In this document: positions 1 through 17,670 of the stretch, in pieces | Numbering within the stretch: the first letter of the stretch is position 1 | Layout of the letters: each line of letters begins with the position of its first letter | DNA from: the human T2T-CHM13v2.0 reference genome, Homo sapiens | Direction: 5' to 3' (one strand) | DNA: 64,000 bases | Assembly: GCF_009914755.1 (NCBI RefSeq) | Contig: NC_060933.1 | Notes under the pieces: model-generated | What the model saw: only the letters and a program-made list of their open reading frames with translations | Database searches by the model: none | Told to the model about the DNA's origin: nothing | Translations under genes and position numbers: made by a program

Positions 1-361
1 GCAATCACTTAAAAAGGATAAGACACATCTCAAAAACCACTGTTTTTTAAAGCCGTAACATATATACATATGAACATACACATGCATGCTTTGGTATATA
101 CATGGATAAAACTTTGGAAGCAAATTTACCAAACTATTATCAGTGATTATTAGGGTAGAGAGGGAGAATGAAGGGCACAGAGGACAGACAAGAGGACATT
201 TTTACTCTATTTTCTCTTTAGCACAAGTATGTACTACTTTTGTGCTAAAAACATCAATATGTAAATATGTACTGACACTGGAATATTTGTACTGACACTG
301 GAATGTTTCTTTATTGCTGAATGAAAAAAGCAGACATTAACCTTTTCTCTCCACCAGGAAT

Positions 362-470
362 ATAAATTTCAAAGACAGGGACTATGTCCTGCGTACTCTT
401 ATATCCTAAGACTTAGCAAAGTAGGTGCTCAGAAATACTGTTGAATGGGTATATGTATGAATGAATGAAT
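362..470 (+). mobile_element. L2 3' end
   Basis: gacagggactatgtc...gtaggtgctcagaaatactgttgaatg...(tgaa)n. Confidence 0.65.
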
Positions 471-699
471 GGCACCTATATGTTTGTCATATTAGAAATT
501 ATGACACTGGTTTCAGAGTTTCAAGATACTTCCCAGATGTCACACTTGCTAGATACCACTCTGATCAGAGGCAGGAGGTAGTAGAAAGAATATTAGATGA
601 GGAGTAAGAATTTAGTCTTAACTATAATATTACTGAAGGAGCCTTAGCAGAGTCATTTAACTCCTTTATCTAATTTCATAACTGCATTTTTACAGTAAC

Positions 700-1280
700 T
701 TTCCTACATGAGCTTGAACATCTCCAGTGATAAAGAGCTTACTTCCTTATTTGATGCTAAAATATAATTCCCTGCAATGAAGACATCCTGGTCTTAATAT
801 AATCTGTGAACACTGAGCAACCTGCCCAAGCCTGCTCCCTCCCGTTTTCCACCAAGAGTTTGACAACCTTTGGAGTTTAATACCCCTAGTCCCACAACTG
901 ATTTATATATCATTTCCCCATCACAGTGGGTGGCCATCTGCCTTTCCTCTGGACATATTCTTGCTTGGAAATGCCACATGAAAATATCATGCTCAGAATC
1001 TACTGTGGCTTGATGAGTACAGGAAAGAGAGGGAAATCATTCTTCCCACTCCCTTTTGGATACTACGTTTTAAATGAATGCAATAGAATTTATTACCTTT
1101 CGGGTATAAAGTATACACTCTACAACTGCATAAAAGATAATGGGTTAATATTATTGATCAGTCCTGAGTGTATAGTAACTCAAACCTCTCAGTCCTTTTT
1201 ATTTTCTACTGCTAAGCTGGCTGATTCACATCCTGTAATGGTAAGCTAGGTCTTTGCACGAAACACAGACTTGTTTATTG
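700..1280 (-). mobile_element. Probable L3/CR1 fragments
   Basis: cttgaacatctccagtgataaagagcttacttcc and ctttcctctggacat resemble L3. Confidence 0.4.
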
Positions 1281-1464
1281 CCTTGAGTCACTGTGATGTT
1301 CCTGCCTATTGAAATATGGGCTTTCCCTCTTAGCTCTGGGACATCAAAAGAAGCCTACCGCCTGTATTACACATCTGTACTCCCCACCTTCATACAAAAT
1401 TGGTGAGGATTAAGCTAGGCCTGTGATCTCAGGCTGGTCACTAATTTCTCTATCAAAACCTAGT

Positions 1465-2078
<614 letters not shown>

Positions 2079-2502
2079 GATATCATATTGTCACCACTTT
2101 GTCTCAGGATACCCATCAGTAAAATGAGGACCATTACTTTACCTAAAAAGCTCCTATGAGAACCAAATAGGAATGTATGAAGGAGCGCCCAGGAATTGTA
2201 AAGTGCAGGGTGCCTCCAAGCGATTCATCTGAGTGAGCTTCTAATTCTTGCATGCCTGGGGCGTACTGGGTTTGCCCACCTAGCAGGTACAGTCAGGTAG
2301 TGAAAAGCATCTTATCACAGCAGTGTCACCTATCTGGTTCTCCTCAGTAGCCTCACTGCTCCCCATTACATCTACCTGCAGTTCAGGATGACTGCCTGGA
2401 TTAGAGAACCAACATTTACTTACTGAGCTTTTACAGTAAGTTGTCCTTAAAGTTTTCTTTCCCCTTGTTTTATTTTTACTGTAACTATGAAGCCAAAAGT
2501 AA

Positions 2503-2824
<322 letters not shown>

Positions 2825-3009
2825 AAGCAACACAAGCTTTGTATCCCAGTTAGTCATTATTTTAGCTGTGTGACTTAATGTCTCCGAGCTTTGGTTTCCT
2901 AATCTATAAACCTATCTACTTTACTGGATTTTTGTGAGAATTAAGAGATTAGAATAGGTAAAAGACTTGTAGAGTGCTGGTAAATGGAGATGTGAATCAA
3001 TAACTTTAG

Positions 3010-3310
<301 letters not shown>

Positions 3311-4259
3311 ACCAAATGTAATTGTATTTTATTATGACTATGCTTATTTCTCCAGCCAGGGGCCGTAGTTCTTTCTGGAAATATCTTCCATAAATTTGAG
3401 TTTTAATTTATAGGCCTCTATTAGAGAGGTGAAAATACACTCAGTGCAATTATACCAAACAGCTAAACCAGAGTAGCCATAACATCCTTTAGGAAAGTGT
3501 ATGCACACTTTTTCCCACACAAAAAAATTCTTTGAGTCTCTTCCAAAGAAAATCCCAGAACTTTCACTGGCATGATTTCCAACTGTCAAAATCCTGAGAT
3601 TCCATCACCAGATACTGAATTAGTAGTTGATTTGGCTACTGAGGTTTTTCACTGATAAGAGTATTACTGACTCTGAGGGTTGGTGTTTGTTATATATCTC
3701 AGTCCTTTGTGACTTCTCTAATTACTTAGTTCTGGATTATGGAGCCATTAAATTTCAGAGCCAGAGGGGACTTTACAAATAAACTAGTTTGTCCTCCTCA
3801 CTTTACAGATGGAGAAACTGAGTCCAGAAAAGGAAAGTAATTTGTACATGTTTGTATAAGTAACCTCTATACTACAGCTGCCTCTGCATTTCATTTCGCC
3901 TTTAAATGACCTATGTATCTGTAACACTCAGTGGTTGCTATTCTGGACCACATGAATTTGACTACCAAACTTTCTATTCTCGTAAATTGATGGCTCATTG
4001 CAGAAATTGGGAAAACTGGTGATCATCATCAGTGTTTAAGGGCAGCTTCCTGAAATTTAAGGATAAATTAAAGCTGAAGATAGATGGGCTCTCAGAATTT
4101 CTATATAGCTTCACACTGAAATCCTTAAAACAGATATGTAAATTCTACGTGAACAGATATCTTCTCTGTCCTGATGACTGCTGGATCTATTCATGGAGTC
4201 TTACAAAGTGAAAGCACTAAGAACATTTGCTAAATGAATGGAAGAAACTGGACAAACAT

Positions 4260-5105
4260 CTGAATTCTCCCCTTTTTGAAGCACTTTTGTACCTTGATTT
4301 CCAAGACAATAGTCTTCTGCTTTTCCTCCTCTTTCTCAGATCAACAGTTTTTCAGTCTCTTTTACTGAGTACTCTTTGGGACTTCCAAACATTGGAATGT
4401 CTCCTGGGGTTAGTCCATGGACCTCTTTTCTACCAATATTCTCTCTTTAGGTGACTTTAGACTGCCATATAGTAGTAATGCCTAAAAGTGGATCCTTAAA
4501 CCAAAACTCCCCCTTGAGCTCCAGAGGCCTGTATCTACACTGCCCATTTAACATCTCCATTTAGCTTTCTAATAGGTATCTCAAACTTAACAGCCAAACG
4601 GAACTCTAGATTCTATTCCTACCTCCCATATCAACATGTTTCTTGGGAAAAGTTGTATCTTAGTAAATAAAACCAAAATCCATTAGTTATTAAATACTAA
4701 AATCTAGGAGTCATTCCTAATTCCTTTACTTTCTTTTACATTTCATCATCCAAACCATAAGGAAACCCTATCAATTCTCCCTCCAAAACAGATCTAAAAT
4801 CTATTCTCAATCTCCACTACTAAAAGCCCTGGCTTATGCCACCATCATCTCTCATTTCATGACCATTTAGTCTACTAAGTAGTCTCCTTCCTTCTCTTAG
4901 ACTCCCTACAATTCATTTTCCAATCTATTCTATAATGTAGTCAAATGGATCCTTAAAAATTCTTCTGTTCAAAACACTCTACTTCCTCTAGAAGATGAAA
5001 TAAAACCTAGGGCCTACATATAGCCCTATATCATGAGGCTCTAGCCTAAATCTCTGGCCCAATTTAATCCTACCCTTCCCCCACTCACTATGCCACATAC
5101 TGGAA
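4260..5105 (+). mobile_element. L2 fragment
   Basis: ccttgatttccaagacaat...catctccatttagc...aggtatctcaaacttaac...aaaatctaggagtcattcct. Confidence 0.75.
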
Positions 5106-5237
5106 ATAATCCTTTCTCATTGCTAAAAGGGCAATTTATATCTAGGGAGAGGATTATAGGGGACTAGATCATAATATATCAATTCAATTGCTTACCATTC
5201 CTAAATCCCACAAGGTGCTATAGAATTGTGAGAAACT

Positions 5238-5805
5238 GCCAGGTGCCAGTGGCTCACACCTGTAATCCCGGCACTTTGGGAGTCTGAGACAGGTGGATTG
5301 CTTGAGCCCAGGAGTTCAAGACCAGCCTGGGCAACATAGGGAGACTCCATCTCTACTGATAATTCAAAAAGTTAGCCAGGCATGGTGGCATGCACCTGTG
5401 GTCCCAGCTACCTGGGAGGCTTAGGTGGAGGATTGCCTGAGCTCAAGAGTTTGAGACTAGCCCTGGCTACATAGCAAGATCCTGTCCCTACAAAAAATTT
5501 AAAACTTAGCCAAGTGTGGTGGCATGCACCTGTGGTCCCAGCTACATGGGAGGCTTAGGTGGAGGATTGCCTGAGCTCAAGAGTTTGAGACTAGCCCTGG
5601 CTACATAGCAAGATCCTGTCCCTACAAAAAATTTAAAACTTAGCCAAGTGTGGTGGCATGTGCCTGTAGTCCCAGCTACTCAGGAGGCTGAGTAGCTACT
5701 GGGAGGGTCACTTGAGCCTGGGAGGTTGAAGCTACAGTGAGTCATGGTAATGCCACTGCACTCCAGCCCTGGTGAGACCCCATTTCACAAAATAAAAAAT
5801 AATAA
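5238..5805 (+). mobile_element. Compound four-monomer AluJ with an internal 134-bp tandem duplication
   Basis: Units 5383-5516 and 5517-5650 differ at one position. Confidence 0.92.
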
Positions 5806-5966
5806 AACTACATGTTAGAATGGCTAAAATTAAAAAAAAAATGACAATATCAAGTGATGGTGAAAATGTGGAGCAACTAGAACTCTCATACATGTAGCAA
5901 GTGAGAATACAAAATAATATAATCACTATGGAAAACAGTCTGATAGGTTCTTATAAAATTAAACAT

Positions 5967-6277
<311 letters not shown>

Positions 6278-6775
6278 GATTTACCATATGACCTAGCAAT
6301 TCTACTCCTAGTTATTTAACACAGAAAAATGAAAAATTAGGTTCAAACACAAACTAGTACATGAATATTTATAGCACTTCTATTTATAATCATCCCAAAC
6401 TGTAAATAACCAAATATCCTTCAATGGGTGAATGGATCAACAAACATATAACAGAATACTACCCAGCAATTAAAAGAATAATAAACTATTAATACATATA
6501 ACAATATGCCAGTTTCAAAAGATTACATACTCTATTATTTCATTCATATGACAGTCTCCAGAAGATAAAATTACAGTAATAGGGAACAGGGAACAGATCT
6601 GTAGCTGCTGTGGGTTAGCAGTCAGCTGAGGGTATGACCACAAAATGACAGCATGAAAGAAGGTTTTTTTTTTGAGGTAAAGAAATGGTTCTGGCTAGAA
6701 AATACTATTTTAAAATTCATATGGAACCAAAAGCACAATAGCCAAGGCAATCCTAAGCAAAAAAGAACAAAGCTG

Positions 6776-7083
6776 GGCCAGGCGTGGTGGTTCACACCTG
6801 TAATCCCAGCACTCTGGGAGGCCTAGGTGGGTGGATCACTTGAGGTCAGGGGTTTAAGACCAGCTTGGTCAACATGGTGAATTCCCATCTCTACTAAAAA
6901 TATAAGAAGTAGCCAGCCATGGTGGCTCACGCCTGTAATCCCAGTTACTCAGGGGGCTAAGGCAGGAGAATCGCTTGAACCCAGGAGGCAGAGGTTGTTG
7001 TGAGCCAAGATCGCGCCACTGTACTCTAGCCTGGGCAACAGAGTGAGACTCCAACTCAAAAAATAATAATAATAATAATAATA
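6776..7083 (+). mobile_element. AluSx-like, inside the L1PA
   Basis: TSD aaagaa(c/t)aaagctgg, (AAT)n tail. Confidence 0.93.
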
Positions 7084-7550
7084 AAGAATAAAGCTGGATG
7101 CATCATGCTACCTGACTTCAGACTATACTACAGGGATACAGTAACCAAAATAGTATGGTACTGGTATGAGAACAGACACACAGACCAATTGAACAGGATA
7201 GAGAACCCAGAAATAAGACTGCATGCCTACAGCCATCTGATCTTTGACAAACCTGACAAAAACAAGAAATGGTGCTGGAAGAACTGGCTAGCCATATGCA
7301 GAAAATTGAAATTGGATCCCTTCCTTATACCATATACAAAAATCAACTCAAGATGGATTAAAGACTTAAATGTAAAACCCAAAACTATAAAAACCCTAGA
7401 AGAAAACCTAGGCAATACCATCAGTACATGGGAAGAGGCAAAGATTTCATGATGAAGATGCCAAAAACAATTGTAACAAAAGCAAAAATTGACAAATGGG
7501 ATTTAATTAAACTAAAGAGCTTCTGCACAGCAAAAGAAACTATCATCAGA

Positions 7551-8035
<485 letters not shown>

Positions 8036-8842
8036 TTATGAGCCGACAAACATGAAAAAAAGCTCAACATCAATGATCATTAGAGCAATGCAAATCAAAA
8101 CCACAGTGAGATACCATCTCACATCAGTCAGAATGGCAATTATTAAAGAGTGAAGAAACAACAGATGCTGGCGAGGCCGTGGAGAAATAGGAATGCTTTT
8201 ATACTTTTGGTGAGAGTGAATATTAGTTCAACCATTGTAGAAGATGTTGTGGTGATTTCTCAAAGACCAAGAACCAGAAATACCATTCGACCCAGCAATC
8301 CCATTACTGGGTATATAACCAAAGGAATATAAATCATTCTATTATAAAGACATATGTACATGTACATTCATTGCAGTACTATTCACAATAGCAAAGATAC
8401 AGAAACAAACTAAATGTCCATCAGTGATAGACTGGATAAAGAAAATGTGATACATATACACCATGGAATACTAGTCAGCCATAAAAAAGAACAAGATCTG
8501 CAAGGACACAGATGAAGCTGGGGGCCATTATCCTTAGCAAACTAACATGCGAACAGAAAACCAAATACCGCATGTTCCCACTTATAAGGAGGAGCTAAAT
8601 GATGAGAACACACGGACACATAGAGGGGAACAACACACACTGGGGCTTACCAGAGGGCAGAGGGTGGGAGGAGGGAGAGGATCAGGAAAAATAACTAATG
8701 GATGCTAGGCTTAATACCTGGGTGATGAAATGATCTGTACAACAAACCTCCATGACACACATTTACCTATGTAACAAACCAGCACATCCTGCACATGTAC
8801 CCCTGAACTTAAAAGTTAAAAAAAAAAAAAGAAATGGTTCTG

Positions 8843-9127
8843 GGCCAGGTGGAGTGGCCCATGCCTGTAATCCTAGCACTTTGGGAGGCCAAGGTGGAAG
8901 GACTGCTTGAGGCCAGGAATTTGAGACCAGCCAGGCCAATACAGTGAGACCTCATCTCTATTAAAAAGAAAACAAATTAGCTGGGCATGGTGGTGTGTGC
9001 CTGTAGTCCCAGCTACTCAGGAGGCTGAGGCAAAAGGATTGTTTGAGCATAAGAGTTCAAGGTTGCAGTGAGCTGAGATTGCATACTGCAAAAGAACAAG
9101 ACCCCATCTCTCTAAAGAAAAAAAGAA
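8843..9127 (+). mobile_element. AluJ
   Basis: Diverged dimer directly after the L1 TSD. Confidence 0.9.
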
Positions 9128-9369
9128 AGAAAATGGTTTTGTATCATCACTGTGGAGGTGGTTACAGAGATTACACAAATCTATATTCACAGAAGAGTAC
9201 GCCCTTCCCCCCCAAAGCACTCAATTTTTCTGTATGCTAATTGTACAATGAAGTTAAAAACAAAAGCACCCCAAATTATCTATCCAAAAACATTATAATG
9301 CTTTGGCCATTAGGTAATCAACATTTCACAAGATGTAAGTAAAAATACAATGATTGCTCAGCAAATCAC

Positions 9370-9400
9370 GCACCCACCCACCCACACCCACACCCACCCC
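9370..9400. repeat. (CACC)n simple repeat
   Basis: Visible directly. Confidence 0.85.
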
Positions 9401-9944
9401 TTGCTCTAGAAAACCAAAAGAAACCTTTCAATTAGTGGGAAAAGTTTGGATAAGATATTCAGACTCTATTTTTCCATTCATTAAGAAAATACAACAGACT
9501 CCCTTTCTGTTGGGAACACTCCCCTAGAGGACAGATGACTCCTTCACAGAGTATAACTTCTTACAACCACTTAACCGAGGCCTCTCCCTCTGTAGTACCT
9601 GGCAATTTGTAACAAGGTTAAGTAAGGCTATAGCATGCTCTCCCTAAATCCCAGGACAGTTTCTTGAAGTGTTAAACCTCCAGCATCTAGGCCTCTAGTT
9701 CTGAGGCAGAACTGTGCTTGTGCTCCTTTCTAGCAAGGTACATTAATCTCTTCAACATATTCAGAAGAAGACTGACAGGAATGTGAGGGGGGCTCTCTTC
9801 TGTTTAGGGGCAGGGGCATCCACTCACAGATCAAAGTTCTCTCTAGGGTTTCCCTTGTATCTAGAACCAAACAATACTTCTGTCCTATATGAGTCTTAGA
9901 ACTCACGGCATACTCGGTCAGGTTGTTTCACATTGTCAGGCATG

Positions 9945-10641
<697 letters not shown>

Positions 10642-11496
10642 ACTTTATTGCATTTTTTACAAATTGAAGGTTTGTGGCAACCCTGCATCAAGGAAGTCTC
10701 ATCAGTACCATTTTTTCCAAAAGCATGTGCTCACTTTGTGTCTCTGTGTCACATTTGGTAAGTCTTGTAATATTTCAAACTTGTTCATATTATTATATCT
10801 GTTATGGTCATCTGTAATCAGTGATCTTTGATGTTAGTAATTGTTTGGGGGTGCCACGAACCGCACCGAAATAAGATGGTGAACTTAATCGAAAAATGTT
10901 GTATGTGTTCTGACTGCTCCACTGACCAGCCATTCCCCCATCTCTCCTTCTCTCCCCTTGGGCCTCTCCATTCTCTGAAACCCAACAACATTGAAATTAG
11001 GCCAGTTAATAACCCTAGAAAGGCCTCTATGTGTTCAAGTGAAAGGAAGAGCCACGTCTCTCACTTTAAATCAAAAGCTAGAAATCGTTAAGCTTAATGA
11101 GGAAGGCACGTCAAAAGCAAAGATAAGCCGAAAGCTAGGCCTCTTGCTCCAAAGAGCCAAGCTGTGAATGCAAAGGAAAAGTTCTTGAAGGAAATTAAAA
11201 GTGCTACTCCAGTGAACACACAAATGATAAGAAAGAAAAACAGCCTTATTGCTAACATGGACAAAGTTTTAGTAGTCTGGATAGAAAGGCAAACCAATCA
11301 CAACATTCTGGAAAGGCAAACCAATCACAACATTCTGTTAAGCCAAAGCTAATGCAGAGCAAGGCCCTAACTCTCTTCAATTCTATGATGGTTGAGAGAG
11401 GTGAGGAAGCTGCAGAAGAAAGGTTTGAAGCTAGCAGAGGTTGGCTCACGAGGTTGAAGGAAATAAGCTGTCTCCATTACTTAAAAGTGCAAGGTG

Positions 11497-11918
<422 letters not shown>

Positions 11919-12683
11919 TTATATTGGAAGAAGACACCATCTACGGGCTTTCATAGCTAGAGAGAAGTCAATGCCTGGCTTCAAAAAATAGGCTGACTCT
12001 CTTGCTAGAAGCTAATGCAGCTGGTGACTTTAAGTTGATGCCAATGCTCACTGACCATTCAGAAAATCCTAGGACCCTTAAGAATTATGTTAAATCTACT
12101 CTACCTGTGTTCTATAAATGGAACAACAAAGCCTGGATGACAGCATGTATGTTTATAGAATGGTTTACTAAATATTTTGAGCTCACTGTTGAGACCTACT
12201 GCTCAGAAACAAAGATAACTTTAAAAATACTGCTGATTGACAATGCATCTGGTCACCCAAGAGCTCTGATGGAGATGTACAAGCAGATGAATGTTGTTTT
12301 CATGTCTGCTAACATAACATCCATTCTGTAGCCCAAGAATCATGGAGTAATTTTTGACTTTCAAGTCTTATTATTTAAGAAATACATATCATAAGGCTAT
12401 AGCTGCCATAGATAGTGATTCCTCTGATGGATCTAGGAAAAGTAATTTGAAAACCTTCTGGAAAGGATTCACTATTCTAGATGCCATTAAGGACATTTAT
12501 GACCTCATAGGAGGTCAAAATATCAGTATTAACAGGAGTTTGGAAGAAGTTGATTCTAACCCTCATGGATGACTTTGAGGGGCTTCAGTGGAGGAAGTAA
12601 ATGTAGAAGTGGGAACAACAGCTAGAAACTAGAATTAGAAGTGCATCCTAAAGATGTGGCTGAATTGCTGCAATTGCATGATA

Positions 12684-12987
12684 ATTTTTTTTTTTTTTTC
12701 AAGACAGGGTCTCACTCTGTCACCCAGGCTGGACTGCAGTGGTGTGCAATCACAGCTCACTGTAGCCTCCATCTCCTGGGCTCAAGCAATCCTCCTGCCT
12801 CAGTCTGCCAAGTAGCTGGGACTACAGGCATGCGCCACCATGCCCAGCTAATTTTTTTTAAAATTTCAGTAGAGACGAGGTCTCACTATGTTGCCCAGGC
12901 TGGTCCCCAAGTCCTGAGCTCAAGCAATCCTCCTTCATTGGCCTCCCAAAGTGCTGGGATTACAGGTGCAAGCCACCACACCCAGCC
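12684..12987 (-). mobile_element. AluJ, inside Tigger1
   Basis: TSD catgataa. Confidence 0.92.
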
Positions 12988-14127
12988 CATGATAAAACTT
13001 TAATGGATGAGGAGTTGCTTCTTATGGAGGAGCAAAGAAAGAGGTTTCTTTGTAGATGGAATCTACTCCTGGTGAACACTGTTAAAATGACAACAAAAGA
13101 TTTAGAATATTACATTAACTTCATTGATAAAGCAGCAGCAGGGTTTGAGAAGATTGACATGAATTTTGAAAGAGGTTCTACTGTGAATAAAATGCTATTA
13201 AACAGCATCGCATGCTACAGAGAAATTTTTCATGAAAGGAGGAGTCAATCAATAAAATCGGCTTCATTGCCTTATTTTAAGAAACGGCCATAGCCATCCC
13301 CCAACCTTCAGCAACCACCACCCTGATCAGTTAGCAGCCATCAACACTGCAGCAAGATCTCACAGCAGCAAAATGATTCACTGAAGCCTCAGATGGTCGT
13401 TTGCATTTTTTAGCAATAAAATATTTTTAAGTTAAGGTATGTAGGGTTTTTTTCTGACATAATGCTACTCCACACATAACAGACTATAGTATAAACACAA
13501 CTTTTATATGCACTGAGAAACCAAAAAATTCGAGTGACTTGCTTTATTGTAGTGGTCTGGAACCAAACTCGCAATATCTCTGAGGTATGCCTATCGCTTC
13601 TCTATTTGCAAATCAAAGCACAGTTTATAAAAACTCCAGATGACAAACTGGTGAGCCAGCCCAGAGACCTTGTGCCAATGCTCAAAGCTCAGTAATCAGC
13701 TCCCTAGGTCCCTTCACAGTTCTGAGGCCCTCGTGAAAGAAGGACCAATTAGTATGCTTTAAGTGAAACCGGATGTTCTAAAAGGGTAAAAAATGTAGTT
13801 GCCCACTACCTTGCCAAAGGCCACTTTTTCCAAAATTCTCACCAGATTCAGAATAATGGGCCCCAAACACAGACGTGTGCATTATTGGCCATTCCCATTC
13901 TTATTTGCCCAGAAAGTGCTTTTGTAACTTCTTCCACATGTAACAATGTTCAGAGAAAGTGCTGGAGTCTGCATTCATCACTAAGACCGCAAATTATGAA
14001 GCTTCAACAATGCGAATGAGCACTCTTTTACACATTACATTCACATGACTTTACTAACGCAGCCATCAGAACCAAAGGTTCTGCTTCCCTAAGGCGCTGG
14101 ATCAATAATTCCCCCCTCCCTACCAAC

Positions 14128-14235
14128 AGTCTCACTTGCTCTGTAGCCTAGGTTGGAGTGCAATGGCAAGATCATAATTCAATGCAGCCTTGAACTCCTG
14201 GGCTCAAGTGATCCTCCTGCCTCAGCCTTTCAAGT
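14128..14235 (-). mobile_element. Alu right-arm fragment
   Basis: ggttggagtgcaatggc...gaactcctgggctcaagtgatcctcctgcctcagcc. Confidence 0.8.
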
Positions 14236-14558
14236 CAACACTTTTACAAAACTAGAACTCCTCTCTCCTCAGCTCCTCACAAGACATTTATCATTCTCCA
14301 AAGTGCTCACTTTGGTAAGACTAATGGTTAGTGAAACTAACTAACTAATAAATCGAGTCTAAGTTCTTGTCAGCATATGATATATGATGGACTTTCCATA
14401 CTAAAACTATTCTATGATAGATGGTTTTTCTCTCGCATCAGATTGGTAACCTATGGCAAATGTTTTAGTGTATGATTCCAAATGGCATGTGGAGACAAGA
14501 GCAGGAGTGCTGAGAGAAAATTAATTTCTACATATCCTAAAGGAACCTAGATCTAGAA

Positions 14559-14842
<284 letters not shown>

Positions 14843-14876
14843 GGAACACGTCGTACTGTTAATATTCTAGGTTCCT

Positions 14877-15211
<335 letters not shown>

Positions 15212-15404
15212 TTAAGGTAACTGGTTCATGGTTCAAACAATGGTATGGCCAGACTATATCCAGTGACAGGAAAAGACACTCACTGTGGCACATCATCACC
15301 TCTCCCTCTTCCTGCTCCCAGTCGAATAAAAGAGTCGAGGATAGCAGATTTTCTTGTCAGCAGCAATTAACAACTACCTCATGGCAAAGTTAAAAACAAA
15401 AACA

Positions 15405-15761
<357 letters not shown>

Positions 15762-16023
15762 TTATAATAATGACCAAGGCCAAGACTTGATGGCTACCAC
15801 CTACTGGTTGCCAAGCCTTTCATTTGCATTGCTCTTCTTTCCACACTGACTTGTGCACATTTTGAGATTAAATGCTCACAGGAATGGTGTCTGCTTTTTT
15901 CTTTTTTCAAATATCTAAAACATACATTTTCTTGTGCAGTGGTTATTTAATATACCATAAATAAATATATCTGATACTTAATAAGTTATCCATAACTTAT
16001 TAGCTCCTTTAAAAAGCAAAGCT

Positions 16024-16341
<318 letters not shown>

Positions 16342-17489
16342 CTACTGTAGCCATCACACTGAAGCCACATGCTGAAACTTCATAGAAAGGAAAACATTTC
16401 GCTAATGGTAAATAGGATGCTAACAGAGAAACAGAAAAATGAGGTTTCGACTCTCTCTACATTTTTGCCAATTGTAATTCAGGCCTCTAATTTTACCATG
16501 TTAAGAAAAATATTAAAATATTCTATTTTGCAGCCATACATTTGGAAGAGCAAATAAGTCACAAGAAATACCTAGCAAAAGTAGTTAAAAAAAAAACCCA
16601 AAAAGCAAAAACCCTCAAAGAAATACAGGGCCCCAAAGTGAGAGCAAATCCCACTGCTAGCTCATCTTCTCCCCCAGTCACTCTCAAAAGCTCCACTTTT
16701 TAAGTGGTGAATATTCAACATCTGTTAAGCAACATTAAAACTATTTTTCCTTCTTTGTAGATCAAAAAGGAGATCTGTAGTTTAGGTGAGGAATTCTAAC
16801 TCACCTCTGTTCCTAGTGCTTAGAAAATAGTAAATACTTCATGAATGTTAGCTGCATAATAATTTTATATACAGAGATTAGAATAACAAGCCATTGATAT
16901 AACCCCTGAACCCAGAAGGCAGAGAGGTTGACAACTCCAAAGTTAGTAAGGCAATGATTAGCATGCTAACAACATTCCCAACTTCACTACTTCACAGTAA
17001 AGCTCCTGAGAAAGGGCTATCAAACATGGTCATGGCAACTGTCTTGGCATCTATTTATCTATCAAAACACAGGAAATTAAGACTAACTTTATTATCCTTC
17101 TTTTCCTGGTTATGATTTAACATCTCTGTTACCTTAAAGCCCATCCCCCTCTCCATTTTCTTCCAATCAACAGAACTGTAAAAGACTTTCTGTAGAGAAA
17201 AGGCCAGAAATTTTGCAGGGACCCATTCATGACTAATTATCACTACCACAGGAATAGCATATTAACACTGCAATTGGTTCTAGAAGGCTCAGCAGCTGGC
17301 CCCACTGGTTGTACAGCATTTTCAAGGCTAAATTTCCAAAGAGCCCCTCCCTTATTGTTGCTTACCGAATGGAGGCACTCCCTGGAGACCTTAGAGTATA
17401 AACACCACCAGCCATAGGCTCACCCAAGAATTCTCTTTTTCTTAATTTCCCTAAATTTGCTCCTCTTTGAAACTCATTTCAATTCAAGC

Positions 17490-17670
17490 CACATTAAGCA
17501 TGTTCTGGGCACTCTTGACAGTTTTCTTATTTAATTCCCATAGCGGTCCTGTGAGATAGGTATTACTATCCTCTGTTGCATATATAAGGAAATTGAGGTT
17601 CATAGAGGTCAAGTGACTTGGCCAAGTGACAGAGTCAAGCTGATGAGGTTCTTTCTCCAACACCAGGAAG
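17490..17670 (-). mobile_element. MIR
   Basis: cctgtgagataggtattactatc...ggaaattgaggttcatagaggtcaagtgacttggccaag. Confidence 0.7.

Noticed and set aside
268-304. Short tandem duplications (20 bp here; also 10051-10112, 22693-22761, 51834-51869)
   Set aside because: Two-copy slippage duplications common in mammalian introns, with no array or spacer structure.
7105-7452. L1 ORF2-like ORFs (also 35588-35950, 36877-37098, 58402-58695)
   Set aside because: Truncated, frameshifted L1 copies with no 5' UTR or ORF1; not retrotransposition-competent.
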